A stretch of 63,995 nucleotides of DNA, filler included, from Welwitschia mirabilis (taxonomy: Eukaryota): assembly GCA_051453625.1 (NCBI GenBank). It is 5 parts of one record of this genome, joined end to end, with 100 filler letters (N's around TTAATTAATTAA, not from the genome) between each part and the next. Parts side by side here need not be neighbours in the genome. Positions count along the whole stretch, not along the records: positions 49,546 to 58,160 come from JBOZIK010000001.1; positions 58,261 to 62,629 come from JBOZIK010000001.1; 3 more parts are not named here. One strand, written 5' to 3'. The translations under genes were made by a program, and so were the position numbers. Below the pieces are notes generated by a model, which worked only from the letters and a program-made list of their open reading frames with translations, had not been told where the DNA came from and did not search any database. This document shows positions 49,546 through 62,339 of this stretch, one piece after another; the stretch's first letter is position 1; every line of letters starts with the position of its first letter.

Positions 49546-52544
49546 ATAAGTGATTGATTATGTGAAGTGATACTTCAAAAAAAAAAAGAGAGAGAGAAAG
49601 AAGAAGAAGAAGAAAATAAAATAAAAGAAGAGGAACTACCATGCTCTTTCATGTTATATCTTTATAAACATGATAATCATGATGTCCTATCACAAGTCCA
49701 CTAGGGCAAATATTTCTAAGAGGGGCCTTTGGCAGTGCGATATGGTAGGCTATGCTGTGCAGGTCCTTACTCCTCTGATAGTGGTTGCACTCCCCTCATC
49801 ATGAAAAAATAAATTGTTTTTATTTATTTTTAGTACTTCCACATAATCACTCTACTTTCTAGATTTTAGTATTTGTTTTAACATGGTAGTTTATAAGTTC
49901 TTATCTTTTAAATATCTTTTTATCTTATTATTTATTGTTTAATAACATTAGCATACTTGACATCATCATAATCATTACCTAATTGAGTGAAACTTTATCA
50001 ACGTTTACATTATGTCCTGCATCATTAATCAAGTGATTTTATGATTGTTACTAAGGGAATTCGTTAGGTTAACATTTAGGGTAATAAAGCAATCTTTTTC
50101 ATTTTCCTAGTTATCCATTTTTGTTTTTATTTTTTTTAGTTGTTTTATTAGATTTTCAAAGTTATTTCTTCATCATTTTTTTAGTATCATATTATGGACC
50201 TAATCATTTTCTAGTTCTTATTATGTTTTCTTGAGGATTATTGTTTCTTTCTAATAGGTTTTCTTGACCTAATAAGTTCTAGATTTCCATGCATTCAGAC
50301 ATAATTAAGGCACTTTTTAGTAGTACTTCTTCCTTTTTAGTGCATCTTCCTCTACTATTGCCCTTTTCTTCTCCATCATTCATTCCCTTTTTAGGCTGAT
50401 TATTTGCCTTTTCTCAGGTTGCTATCTTCTTTCTATTGATTTTCTACATTTTTTGGTTTTCTAACATTTTTTGGCTTTATCTTCCTCTCCAAATTAGCTG
50501 TTTTGATGTTTTTCATCCACATCTTTTGTTCCCATGATAGAGGGGATGACACTCCCTTTTCCATTTATGGTGCAATATGGGACACCTTGCTTTATCTTTC
50601 TAGGTGTTACTCTATTTTTATCAGCATAAAATTTTCAATTTCTAAGCTTTTATGATCTAATTTTATTATAGGTTATTTGGAGGAGTTTTTCATGCTATTT
50701 AAATAAATTCCTTAGAGAATTTATGAACTTTATTTTATAGGATTCAATAGCACTTTCACATGTTTTTTCATGGCCATGTTTTTAGATCATCTAAATTATG
50801 CTATATTTACTTTTGTTTCTTGCTCTTTTAATGATACTAATGAATTTCGAGATATAATGTTCTGGAAATAGCACTGCTTAAGTTGTCACAATAATCCATT
50901 ATCATTGTTCTAGAATATGCATCTATAGTTTCATTTTTTATGAGCCATTAAGTTACTTTTTTATTATTTCTTATATGTATATCGCATTCATTCATTCTAT
51001 AATAACATGCTTAAGTAGGGGTCTCAGAAAAAAAAATTTCAGCACTTGTATTAATTACCTATTGATAATATCATTTTTCTATGAACTCAATTTACATCCT
51101 TTCAAGCACTATTTTTATCTTAGACAAATTGGCTTACAATCTAGTTGATCACTTACTTTGTTAGGGACTAACAAGGATAAGTAGGGGGCTATGTTGAATG
51201 CTAATTTGTGGGAATTTGATGGTGTATTTTGAGTACTTTTGTAAGACATTCATATAAGTTTTAATGAAATACTAATAAGTATAAAGATTTAATAGGATAA
51301 TTAGTAAAACCTGTGATCCTTAGCATTTTTGATAGTTTCTTGGGCTTGTTCTGATACTACATATTTTGAAGAAGGACTTTATGATATAAAAGACAAACTT
51401 ACCATGGAGAATGAAGCAAAGGAAGACTGTCATTCCCATAGTCATTCTCACGACACAAAGGACGACCACATAACTTACGTGAACAGAGCCTACATGCCAA
51501 TAGCAGCACATGAAGTACATGGTGGTAGGGCATTGTTCCCTTAGTCACCTAAATGATTGATAGGATGATAGCATTATTAACATGCACAGATAATCCACAG
51601 ACAATCCATGAGGCTAATGGTATGATGTGGTGAATATGATGATGGCATCATCCCCATGACAGATGGGACGATAACTATTTTTACATGTCCACAATAAATA
51701 TCATTGTAAATGGGGTCAAACAACCCATGTGGATTATTAGGATTTTTGTTTTCTTCTTGTAGGGCTTTTGCCTCTAATCCCTCAAGTAAAAAACTATAAA
51801 TACTCTTGCCCTCCTTTATTTCCACTCCATCTTTTGTACTCGATACTTATGATAGAAGATTGAAGGGTAAGAGGTCCATATAGTGCTATAAAAGAAGTCT
51901 CCTTTGTGTTAGGCTATTTCTCTTTCATTGAGATGTTGTTGTTATGATTGTAAGTGGATGTTGTTCTGAATACTCTTTGATTAATATAATTTCTTCTTTC
52001 ATTTTAATATTGTAATATCCCTTATGGTTTAAGTTAGTTATAGTTGCGTGACAGATCTGTAATTTATTTAAATCATAAGGGTAACCTTTGCTAAGGTTGA
52101 CCTTGGTTAGTAATAGTAAATTTGCATTGCACTTCATTGCATTTCATATTACATATTTCATGTTTTTACTTAGATAGATCTCATACTTTGTGTTGGTTAA
52201 GAACTAGTGAATGCTCTTCTTAATTGATTTAAGTTATAGATAAAGTGGTCTTTGTGATAGAAGGACTAGGATCTAAGTAGAAATCCATTTCCATTTTCAT
52301 TCACTGCATTATACTCATTCATCTGGCATTATATTTACTTGCTTATTTTCTTTTAGTTTTTATAAAGATAAAAAGACTAAAAAATACTTAGCAAAATCTA
52401 TTCTCTAACTCTAAGTATAGAGCCTTCCTTATATTATGACATTTAGATGAACTTCCATTTATAGTAGCATGTGTTTTCTATAAGTTATATGATTTACAGG
52501 TTTACTTAAAGGATTTCCGGATTGTATAAATTCACACCTTAACA
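49546..52544 (+). mobile_element. Athila-like 3' non-coding region, PPT and 3' LTR (51192-52544)
   Basis: TTAGGGACTAACAAGGATAAGTAGGGGGCTA then TGTTGAATGCTAATTTGTG; ends TTAACA; homologous to 24900-26050 and 18982-20143 (both inverted). Confidence 0.85.
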
Positions 52545-55500
52545 GTGTGCTACTATAATTTTGCTAAATAAAGTTTATAAAATATATTTAAGTAATATGA
52601 AATCATATCCAAAAAACTCATTCATGAACATGTATCATGAAATCTTAAAATGATCCTTTTAAATTTAAAAATTATAAATTTTTACTTAATAACTAAAACG
52701 AAATCTTAGAGAGATGTCTTGCCTTCACCAAGGAAAAGCAAGATGTGTCAGATTGCACAAAGTAAAAAGGATGACTATCATACTGTCTGTTGTGTGGATA
52801 ATAGATGTAAGACAATAGTGTTTAAATACGATGTTTGAATAGATTAGAAAAAATTCGAAAAAGTCTAACAGCAAGAAAGTAGTGGAAAAGTAGCAGAAAA
52901 ATAGAAGGAATATAGAAAGTGAAGAATCATCCTAAAAAACATGACCATGAAGAAAGATACTTATGAAACCATAATAATGCATTAAGTAAAAACTATTTCA
53001 AATGATCTTAAACTTCATAAGTATTCAAGATTTCATAAGTGGATGTATGAAAAATCAAAAACAAAATAGAAAAACATTATTATTAAAAAAAAAAAAAGAA
53101 AATATCAATCAAAGTGAAAGGAATGCATCAATTAAAAGTGCTAAAAAGAAAAATAACCCTTATAAATAAAACCTATAAGTGAAAATAAAATACTACTAGA
53201 GAACTATGAAATGATCAAGTCCTAATTATAATATTGAAAAAAAGTACTATAATGACTTTGAAAATCCCAAACAAAACAACTACGGAAAAAAATAATAAAA
53301 ATGGGATAATTAAGAACATGAAGAATATTTCTTACCTATCCAAAATTCCACCCTAGCAAAGTTCCTTGTTATAAATCATAAAATCACTTAATAATGATGT
53401 ATGATATAATGTAAAAATTCATAAAGTTCCACTTCAATAGGTAATGATTATGATGATGTCAAGTATCTCTATCGTTATTAAATAATGAATGATAAAATAA
53501 AAAGCTATTAAATTAGGAACTTACAAGATATTATCTAAAAAAAGCACTAGAATCTAAAAAAGTAAAGTAACCATGTGGAATTACTATAAATAAGTAAGTA
53601 AAATGAGTCAAAAAAATAAGAAATGCCTCTGGCAACACCAAGAACATAACTGATCCCATAGCCTCTAATTACATTATTATTTTACTGTGATGAGGGGAGT
53701 GCAACCACTGTCAGAGAAAGAATGAGATACATAGCATGACTAACTAACTACCCAGTGGAGTTTCCACAATTACCATATATCACTACCAAAGGCCCCTCTC
53801 AGGAATATTTGCTTTAGTGCACTTGCAATAGGATATCATGAAGGTCATGTTTTAAAATATAACATGAAAGAGCATGATCTTTAGGTTTTATTTTGATTGC
53901 TTTTTCTTATTCTTTTTATTTTATTTTTTTAAATGAAAATTCTCCATGTTCAAATACTCATAAGGAAAAAAGTAAAGTAAGAAGAAAAATAACAAGGAAG
54001 AATATGGTAAAACAACTAATTACTCAGACCATTGAAATAGAATAGAAGAACCAAGGCATCTTCTTTTAAAATGAAGTTCATAGACATATGAATGTCTGAA
54101 GATTAGATGAATTTAATTTTATCATTTAAAATACCTAAGTAAAATATTTACTAATCTTCGTAACTTTATAAAGTAAAACACTAGATAAGTAAAAGATGTT
54201 CAAGTGATAACATGATGTTTAGCAAAAGAATCAACTAAGGAAGAATTTAGATAATGGTAGGGAAAAAGTCCAAGACATGTTCTTCTATCATGTTCAAGAT
54301 TGGATTGATAAATATGTTAATTATTTTTAACATTTTATCCATTATCTTCTGAATTTTCTAACTATTTAAGTTGGAGGTTTCAACAGAGCCATTTTAAAAT
54401 GTACTTTTTCTTTAAGATAAGGACTCAATCATTGAGAAGTTCAACTAGTTGTGTAAAAATTGCACTCGATAGTGTATTTTTTGGAAAAATAAGGAATAAA
54501 CCAAATAGAAACCAATTGATAAAACATAAAATGTATGTAATCATTTTGGAGTAATATTANNNNNNNNNNNNNNNNNNNNNNNNNNNNNNNNNNNNNNNNN
54601 NNNNNNNNNNNNNNNNNNNNNNNNNNNNNNNNNNNNNNNNNNNNNNNNNNNNNNNNNNNNNNNNNNNNNNNNNNNNNNNNNNNNNNNNNNNNNNNNNNNN
54701 NNNNNNNNNNNNNNNNNNNNNNNNNNNNNNNNNNNNNNNNNNNNNNNNNNNNNNNNNNNNNNNNNNNNNNNNNNNNNNNNNNNNNNNNNNNNNNNNNNNN
54801 NNNNNNNNNNNNNNNNNNNNNNNNNNNNNNNNNNNNNNNNNNNNNNNNNNNNNNNNNNNNNNNNNNNNNNNNNNNNNNNNNNNNNNNNNNNNNNNNNNNN
54901 NNNNNNNNNNNNNNNNNNNNNNNNNNNNNNNNNNNNNNNNNNNNNNNNNNNNNNNNTTTTAACCTTTTATTCATTAACTTTTTAATTTTCTAATTATTCA
55001 AGTTGGAGGTTTCAACTGAGCCATTTTAAATGTACTTTTCTAAAAGATAAGGACTTAATTATTGATAAATTCAACTAGTTATGTAAAAATGCACTCAGGT
55101 ATTACATTTTTTGGAGAAATAAGGGCTAAACCATATAGAAACCAATTGATAAAACATAAAAGTTATGCAATCATTTTAGAGTAAAATCAATTTGAGGTAA
55201 AGAGAGTAAAATAATAAAACTTTAATAGCACAATTTTCAAAATTAAAATAGGAGATAAAGAAATGATAAATTTCATTAACAAATAATCTCTTATGAAAAT
55301 AATGTAAAACATGANNNNNNNNNNNNNNNNNNNNNNNNNNNNNNNNNNNNNNNNNNNNNNNNNNNNNNNNNNNNNNNNNNNNNNNNNNNNNNNNNNNNNN
55401 NNNNNNNNNNNNNNNNNNNNNNNNNNNNNNNNNNNNNNNNNNNNNNNNNNNNNNNNNNNNNNNNNNNNNNNNNNNNNNNNNNNNNNNNNNNNNNNNNNNN

Positions 55501-58160
55501 NNNNNNNNNNNNNNNNNNNNNNNNNNNNNNNNNNNNNNNNNNNNNNNNNNNNNNNNNNNNNNNNNNNNNNNNNNNNNNNNNNNNNNNNNNNNNNNNNNNN
55601 NNNNNNNNNNNNNNNNNNNNNNNNNNNNNNNNNNNNNNNNNNNNNNNNNNNNNNNNNNNNNNNNNNNNNNNNNNNNNNNNNNNNNNNNNNNNNNNNNNNN
55701 NNNNNNNNNNNNNNNNNNNNNNNNNNNNNNNNNNNNNNNNNNNNNNNNNNNNNNNNNNNNNNNNNNNNNNNNNNNNNNNNNNNNNNNNNNNNNNNNNNNN
55801 NNNNNNNNNNNNNNNNNNNNNNNNNNNNNNNNNNNNNNNNNNNNNNNNNNNNNNNNNNNNNNNNNNATATTCCAAGTCAAATTTTTGAAAAAAATAATCA
55901 TTAAAAGAACAAGGTAAAGTAAACTTGGTAGAAAAAGAAATAATTTTACTTTAAGGATCACATGAATTTGTAAAAAAAAGAGATTAAGAAATAGTAGAAA
56001 TAGACTCTTCAAAATAATGGGTATTATGAGAGTCAAGGGAAGGAACATGACCTTGAAAATTATATGAAGGTGTAATCAAAAGAGATGGAAAAAGATTATC
56101 ATTATCAAAGTCATAAGATAATGTGAAAGTGGAAGTAGAAGTGGATGGAGGAATGTATTTTGAAGTTTTACATGAAGGCATAAGTGAAAATGATGTAGAA
56201 GTATGAGTAGAAAGAATAAGTCTATCCTTTATAAAATTTGAATGAATCTCTAGGGTCCTTTATTATGTTCTTTTTTTTCACTATTGTCTTTATCATTAGT
56301 TTATTGGATTGTTACTTCACTTTTCTCATTATTGTTGGTGACTATATATTCCTTTTTATGATGGATATAACTTTCATTTTCTAAGTTATTGGATTCATCA
56401 AAAAGATTATCAAGAGAAATAAGATCATTATCTTCATCATTGATTAGAAAGTTTTTAGTTTTCTCATGATTGGATTCCTTATCTTAATTATCTAATATTA
56501 ATGGATGGAAGGGATATAATCTAATATCTCAATATCATCATCTAATAAATGGTCATTCTAATTTCAATTGATAAAATATTGAGTTGTTTTATTATTATTT
56601 TCCTTTTTCTTATCTTCTAATAAGGAAGATGTAAAAGTTTAATCTAAAATTTCATCTTCTATTTGAAAGAAAGAATTATTATCATTGGTGTCTAAGTTCT
56701 CCTCATTTTCCTAAAGATAGAAAGAAGTAGGATAAGTTTGATGATGTTATGTTCTAAAAGATCCTTAAATTTGTAAAATCTTCTATTGCAAGATGTTAAC
56801 CAAATTTTCAAGGTTTTGATTGGTCCTTTCTAGTTGGTCACTAGTATGTTCTTGGATTTTCTTTATTTCATCAATTACTTCTTTCATTGGATCATTTTCT
56901 TCCTCGTAGTAGGTTATGAGAGATAGTTCTTCATCAAATTAATGCATGGAAGATTGTTAAGATTGATAAAAGGGATTATAGAAAGTTTGTTTAAAGGAGG
57001 TGAAATCCATAAAATGTGGAGAATATTCATTGTGATTTCTCTACGACGCTTAAAAAGAATAGGGGAAAGAATAAGAAGGTTTAAAAGAGGAAAAGGCCCA
57101 ATTCCTATTCTCAACATTATTGTATAACGATCTTCTTGTTTCAACAAAAAAATTTTAAAGTCTTTTCTTACTATTATCCTTAGCATTTTGTAAGTTTCTT
57201 CTCCTTTAGAAAGAATTTTCACAATGGTCCTTTTATCACTATTCATTAAAGTAAGTGATAAGAATAAAACAAGAGATTTTAATTCAAGATGATAAGGAAT
57301 ATAAGCACACGATGAAGATCAAGTTCTATTTTCTTTGATGTGTCATTATTTTATTAAAATTATGTATCCTTAGCACTTAAAATATGTGGAATCGCTATTA
57401 CTCTAATTATCTAAAATAACTAACAAAATAACTTTAGAGAGAAAGAAAAATTTAATTCTAAAATAATAAACATAGAAAAAGAAATCTTAGAACTTGTTTA
57501 CCTGTGGTGTACATACCCAGATTTTTTCTTGAAGTCAAATAATGCTTCTCTAATATTTCCTTTAATTAAGTACCTCTCCTATTGATATTTCATCTTTCTA
57601 CCAGAATTCACTATATCCCTGCATGCATAGATCATAAATAGAAAATCAAAATAAAAAACAAGATCTTTCCATCCACCTTATCATGGGGACAATAGGGGAG
57701 ACAATAATTACATAAAAATCCAAACTAAAAAAAATTATAGAAAATGAAAAATGAAACTATTGTCTTGTCTATAATGGAGACAATGGAGAGGATGATGATC
57801 ATACTAACACAAAATTGAAACTTAAAAACTCAATAGAAAAGTTAACAAAAGCAAAAGCACAGGAAAAGATTATTATTCAGTCTATTGTTAGGACAACTAA
57901 GAGGATAACAGTAGTAACTTTATTATCTAAATAAGAATAAAAGAAAAGTTACAAAAGCAAAAATTAATTTAAAAATTGCAGAACTATCATCTCCAATGTT
58001 ATTGAAATGACATAGAGGATGAAAGGGTCCCTAAAAACTATGGAAAATAAAAATTGCAGAAATAAAACTACTTTAAGAAAATTTAAAAATATAGCACTAA
58101 TTCAAATAAATAATATGAATAGAATATTCAAGGTATTTATCTAGTAAGTGATAATTCTCT
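52545..58160 (-). mobile_element. Athila-like internal region (leader at right, 3' region at left), gapped
   Basis: 53200-54140 collinear with 25440-26295; 57540-58160 homologous to leaders 29560-30060 and 31080-31610; only low-complexity ORF remnants between. Confidence 0.78.
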
Positions 58161-58260
58161 NNNNNNNNNNNNNNNNNNNNNNNNNNNNNNNNNNNNNNNN
58201 NNNNTTAATTAATTAANNNNNNNNNNNNNNNNNNNNNNNNNNNNNNNNNNNNNNNNNNNN

Positions 58261-58264
58261 TGTT

Positions 58265-58313
<49 letters not shown>

Positions 58314-58828
58314 GGAGGGGAGGGAGAGAGAGAGATAAAATAACTAAATAATAAACAAGCATAACCCACAACATAAGAATGGTTTAGTTAATAGAAAGAA
58401 AAGGGGGAAAATAATAAATAAGCATGATGCATAACCCACAACATAAGGATGGTAGAGAGAGTGAGAGATAGCTTTATAAAAAACAAAAAAGGAAAGAAAT
58501 AGATAATAAATAAACATCATGCATGACCTACAAGATAAGGATGGTTTAGTTTTTTTTGTGTGTGTGTGTGATACTAAAAACAAAAAAGGGAAAAAATAAA
58601 TAATAAACAAGCATCAGGCATAACCAATAACATAAGGATGATTTAGTAGATCATAATAGAGTAGAGAGAGAGAGAGAGGAGAACAAAATAAACAATAAAT
58701 GAGAATCATGCATAACCCATAACATAATAATGATTTAGTCATGATATATATATATATACAGATATATTAAAAATGGAAAAAAAATAATAAACAAGCATCA
58801 TGTGTAATGCATAACATAAGAATGGTGT

Positions 58829-58867
<39 letters not shown>

Positions 58868-58930
58868 AAAATCGAAAAAGATAAAAATAGATAAGCATTA
58901 TGCATAACCCGTAACATAAGAATGGTTATT
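58261..58930. repeat. Minisatellite of ~7 units interleaved with (GT)n, (GA)n, (AT)n microsatellites
   Basis: Core AAACAAGCATCATGCATAACCCACAACATAAGGATGGTTTAG at ~58353, 58417, 58511, 58605, 58700, 58789, 58891. Confidence 0.92.
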
Positions 58931-60699
58931 TAAGGAATTTGATAATAGATTAGTTATAATGTTTAACAATCCTATCCTAATTACTTAGGAGTCTTAAAGA
59001 GAATATTTTGAAAGGTCGACATCTAGCTAGACTGTCAAACCAAATGACCCTCCATGCTACATGATTATTTAATGGAAACAGAGAAATATTATAATGTCTA
59101 TGTATTAAATAAGGACATTTAATTTTTTAGAAAGAGTGAGAGGGTTTTTGGTTATGGAGGGGAAGTGTTTGCATTCCCAAAAATCTTTTTTATCAAATTA
59201 TGAGTCTTATTAAATGTTATTAATGACTAGAAAGAAAAATATATAATTTCTTTCAAAAACATTCATAATTTAGGAATTTTACAAGAATCTTATCCTAAAA
59301 TAAAAATACATTTTATTTTTAATTTTTTTATGTATTTAGAATAGGAAAATGGAATAATTTATTTTTGATGGTAGAGATAAAATTATTAAACTAAGGTCAA
59401 TGTGTTTTAGTTTAACTTGGAAGAAATATAAGGTTAGTAATTGTAAATGTAAATCATTTTAAACTAATAATGAAACTCTTTAATCTTTGCATAATCTCTA
59501 CATATGACATTAAGGTTCTTCTAGGAACTCCATAAAAATATCCCTTAACTTCCCTTATGACTATTCATGAAAAATCCCTTTCATCATATAATGCACTAAA
59601 ATTATCGGACTTCTTAGAGAGATAATTGATCAAAGGAATGGATAATAACACTATTCACCTTCCAACAAAGTCAATTATGATTTTACTAAAAAAGTACTAA
59701 TGCTCCACACATGTAAGAATCTATTTGCCTTGGTAAGAATGTAGTAATATCAATTTCTCATGAAATAATTTACATACATATGTATATAATTTAATCATAA
59801 AGATTTTTATATTGGATTTTAATTGATATAAAGCCTAAAAATTTTAAGAATTTTTAAGAATCTGGGCATTGTTGACCCATATGTTCTCATCAAAATGAAC
59901 ATATGCTTTAAAATTATATCTAGTAATAAATATCTAGTATGTAATCATAGGATCATGAATCCTTAGAATTAACATCTTCCTAAAGTGACAAGATACTAAA
60001 GAATACCATATTAGACATAAGATCATTAAATTTAACATTACAAATCATAAATATGGCTAAAACTAAGAAATAAAACCACTAGAGTAGCTTAAAGAACAAG
60101 AATCTATTCATATTAAAATCATTAAAATAGAAAAGTGAAAAATCCATTATAGATAAGAAAGTCATACTACAAATATTACTTAACACTCTTTAAGTAATTT
60201 ATTCATTTATATGAGTTTTAAATTTTCTTAATTTAAATTACGCCACTCAAAATAAAAATGCAAGGAGTTAATAAAATATTAAGGGATTTTAAGGAAGTGG
60301 CTTAAGAGGTAATTAGTGGATGGCATGGATTTATTTCTTATCCATTAACTTTAAACATTTTTTAGTAACGAATCCAACATTGTAATAGCTAAATGTGGAA
60401 ATATTCCTTGAACTTTAAAAGGTTAAATATGATTATGTATTAACTTATTAAAATAAATTCATTTGCAAATATTTAAAAAAATATCATTACTAGGATTAAA
60501 GGATTTCTTAATGAAATGGACATCATGGTCTTTTTCCTTTCAAGCTTACTAGGGTTAAGCCTTTTAAATTTTAATGCTACGTCAAACTTATAATTAAGAT
60601 GTTTAATGGACTAGAGAACTTTATGTTTTATTTCAAGAGGAAGTAATAAAATTTACTAAAAACAAGCCCATAAGAAGAAATTCTAGTAGAGGTACTGTA

Positions 60700-60945
60700 A
60701 ATGATTTGATAAGTCAAGTAAGCATTATTGAGATGAAGTAATCAAAATTTTCTATTAATAGTAGCTACCTTCTATAAATTTCTCTTTAATTTAGATTTGG
60801 TAACTTCTACTTGATGATTGATTTAAAAATAATAATAAGTAGCATCTCTATGTAAGATACTACACTTTTTCATAGGATTATTCATAATTTATTTGTGAAA
60901 AGAGTTCTTCCATCATTAATAAGAGATTTGGGATGGTCAAATAAG
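60700..60945 (-). pseudogene. Copia RNase H C-terminal remnant
   Basis: HQVEVT...KEKFIEG (KHVEVDRHFIKEK-like); shares TTTTGATTAC.TCATCTCAA with ~8541-8561. Confidence 0.45.
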
Positions 60946-61639
60946 TATAAACTATCATTACCCAATTTTTGAGTTGGACCTAAAACCACGAATTTTTTTA
61001 AACTAAATTACATTACATTAATTCATTTACATGGTAAGATTAAACATTGCAGTGGATTAATTAGGTTACAACTGAGAGACTTACCTCTTAGTTACCTATA
61101 GGATTCACGTTAAGTGAGTTATGTAGTGAGATCTCACTTGACTAATACCATAACTAATATTAAGGTTAATTAGAAATCTTATTTAGGAGCACACATAAGA
61201 AGTGTGTAGGTTGCAGTCAAGTGATTGGTTGCACCGATAACTAAGAAATCATGCTTACATAATCCTTATTTAGAGGAGTTCAGACCATACATAGTTCTAT
61301 ATTAGACCTTGTTCTACTTTTCCACCAATACACATGAGAATATGATAGATAAAAATGGTCTGTGTTAGTGACATGTGGAAATCCTAAGCATGAAAGAATG
61401 CAAGAATAATTTAAGAACTTAGTATTCAAACTAACATCAATAAATTTCATACACAAGTATATGTACATATGCATAGTATCTATATGTAAAAGTATAGCAG
61501 GCTAATAGTCAAGAACTCTTAAGATTTTAACATCCAACTCTATTAAGGAATTCTAATGTATAAATGATAACAATACACATGTATATTAACATAAATCAAA
61601 TATATGAGTATCCATATATATATATATATATATATATAG

Positions 61640-61830
61640 CCAAAATATCCATTAGTAATCCTCCATCACCAAGAACAAGAGACCCCCTCATATCTTACTA
61701 TAATGTCTTGGTGTGAGCCAATGGGAGGGAATATATCATAATCAGATGTCATTATAGTAAACTCATGAAAAAAATATGATTAACACACACACATACACAG
61801 ATGCCACTTTGGCAGGGTACCTCATAGCTG
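61640..61830 (-). pseudogene. Copia RT fragment flanked and interrupted by microsatellites
   Basis: RYPAKVA (RYKARLVA-like) and YDIFPPIG (YDETFAPVA-like). Confidence 0.35.
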
Positions 61831-62339
61831 CTTCTTTTATAATGTAACATAATGAATCTACTAATCTATAAATATAAAATGCTAAGAAGAACTAGTCCAT
61901 ATGCCACTAATTAAGTCTCTGGTCTTAATAGGCTTAGATCAATAAAAGTCAAAGAATGAAGGGTCGTTAAGTAAATGCCTAATTTCAATTATCATTATAG
62001 AATAATCACTATTATTATATCATTTTCTACATAAGATTCTAAGTAACTACTTGGAGCATTTAATTCATATGCATGAACATGTAATAAATTACATTTAAGG
62101 ATACATACCTGGAAAAGCATTAAAAATACTAGAAGTAACCATGATCATTGGAGCACATGCTTAAACCTGCATCATTGTATACTATACTATACATATATAA
62201 CTGTGTTAAAATAACATTAAAGGCAACACGATTATTAATCAACACATCCAAAAACATCTAACATACATTATAAATTAATTACTAATCATAAGAAAGCATT
62301 TTATTAAAATAGTTATAATAACAACATTCTCTAAGGAGC

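Noticed and set aside
51320..52137. Short ORFs including His-rich 51329-51544
   Set aside because: Inside an LTR and I see no conserved frame in the homologous LTRs.
53685..53722. Hammerhead ribozyme (TGATGAG...GAAA), retrozyme-like
   Set aside because: The C of CUGAUGA is absent in all three copies, GAAA is absent in one, stem II is weak and the motif is antisense to the element; not supportable by eye.
58340..58930. CRISPR array (repeat-spacer look)
   Set aside because: Spacers are low-complexity microsatellites, repeats are degenerate, and the context is eukaryotic.
59030..59180. Possible MITE remnant
   Set aside because: No convincing terminal inverted repeats or TSD.
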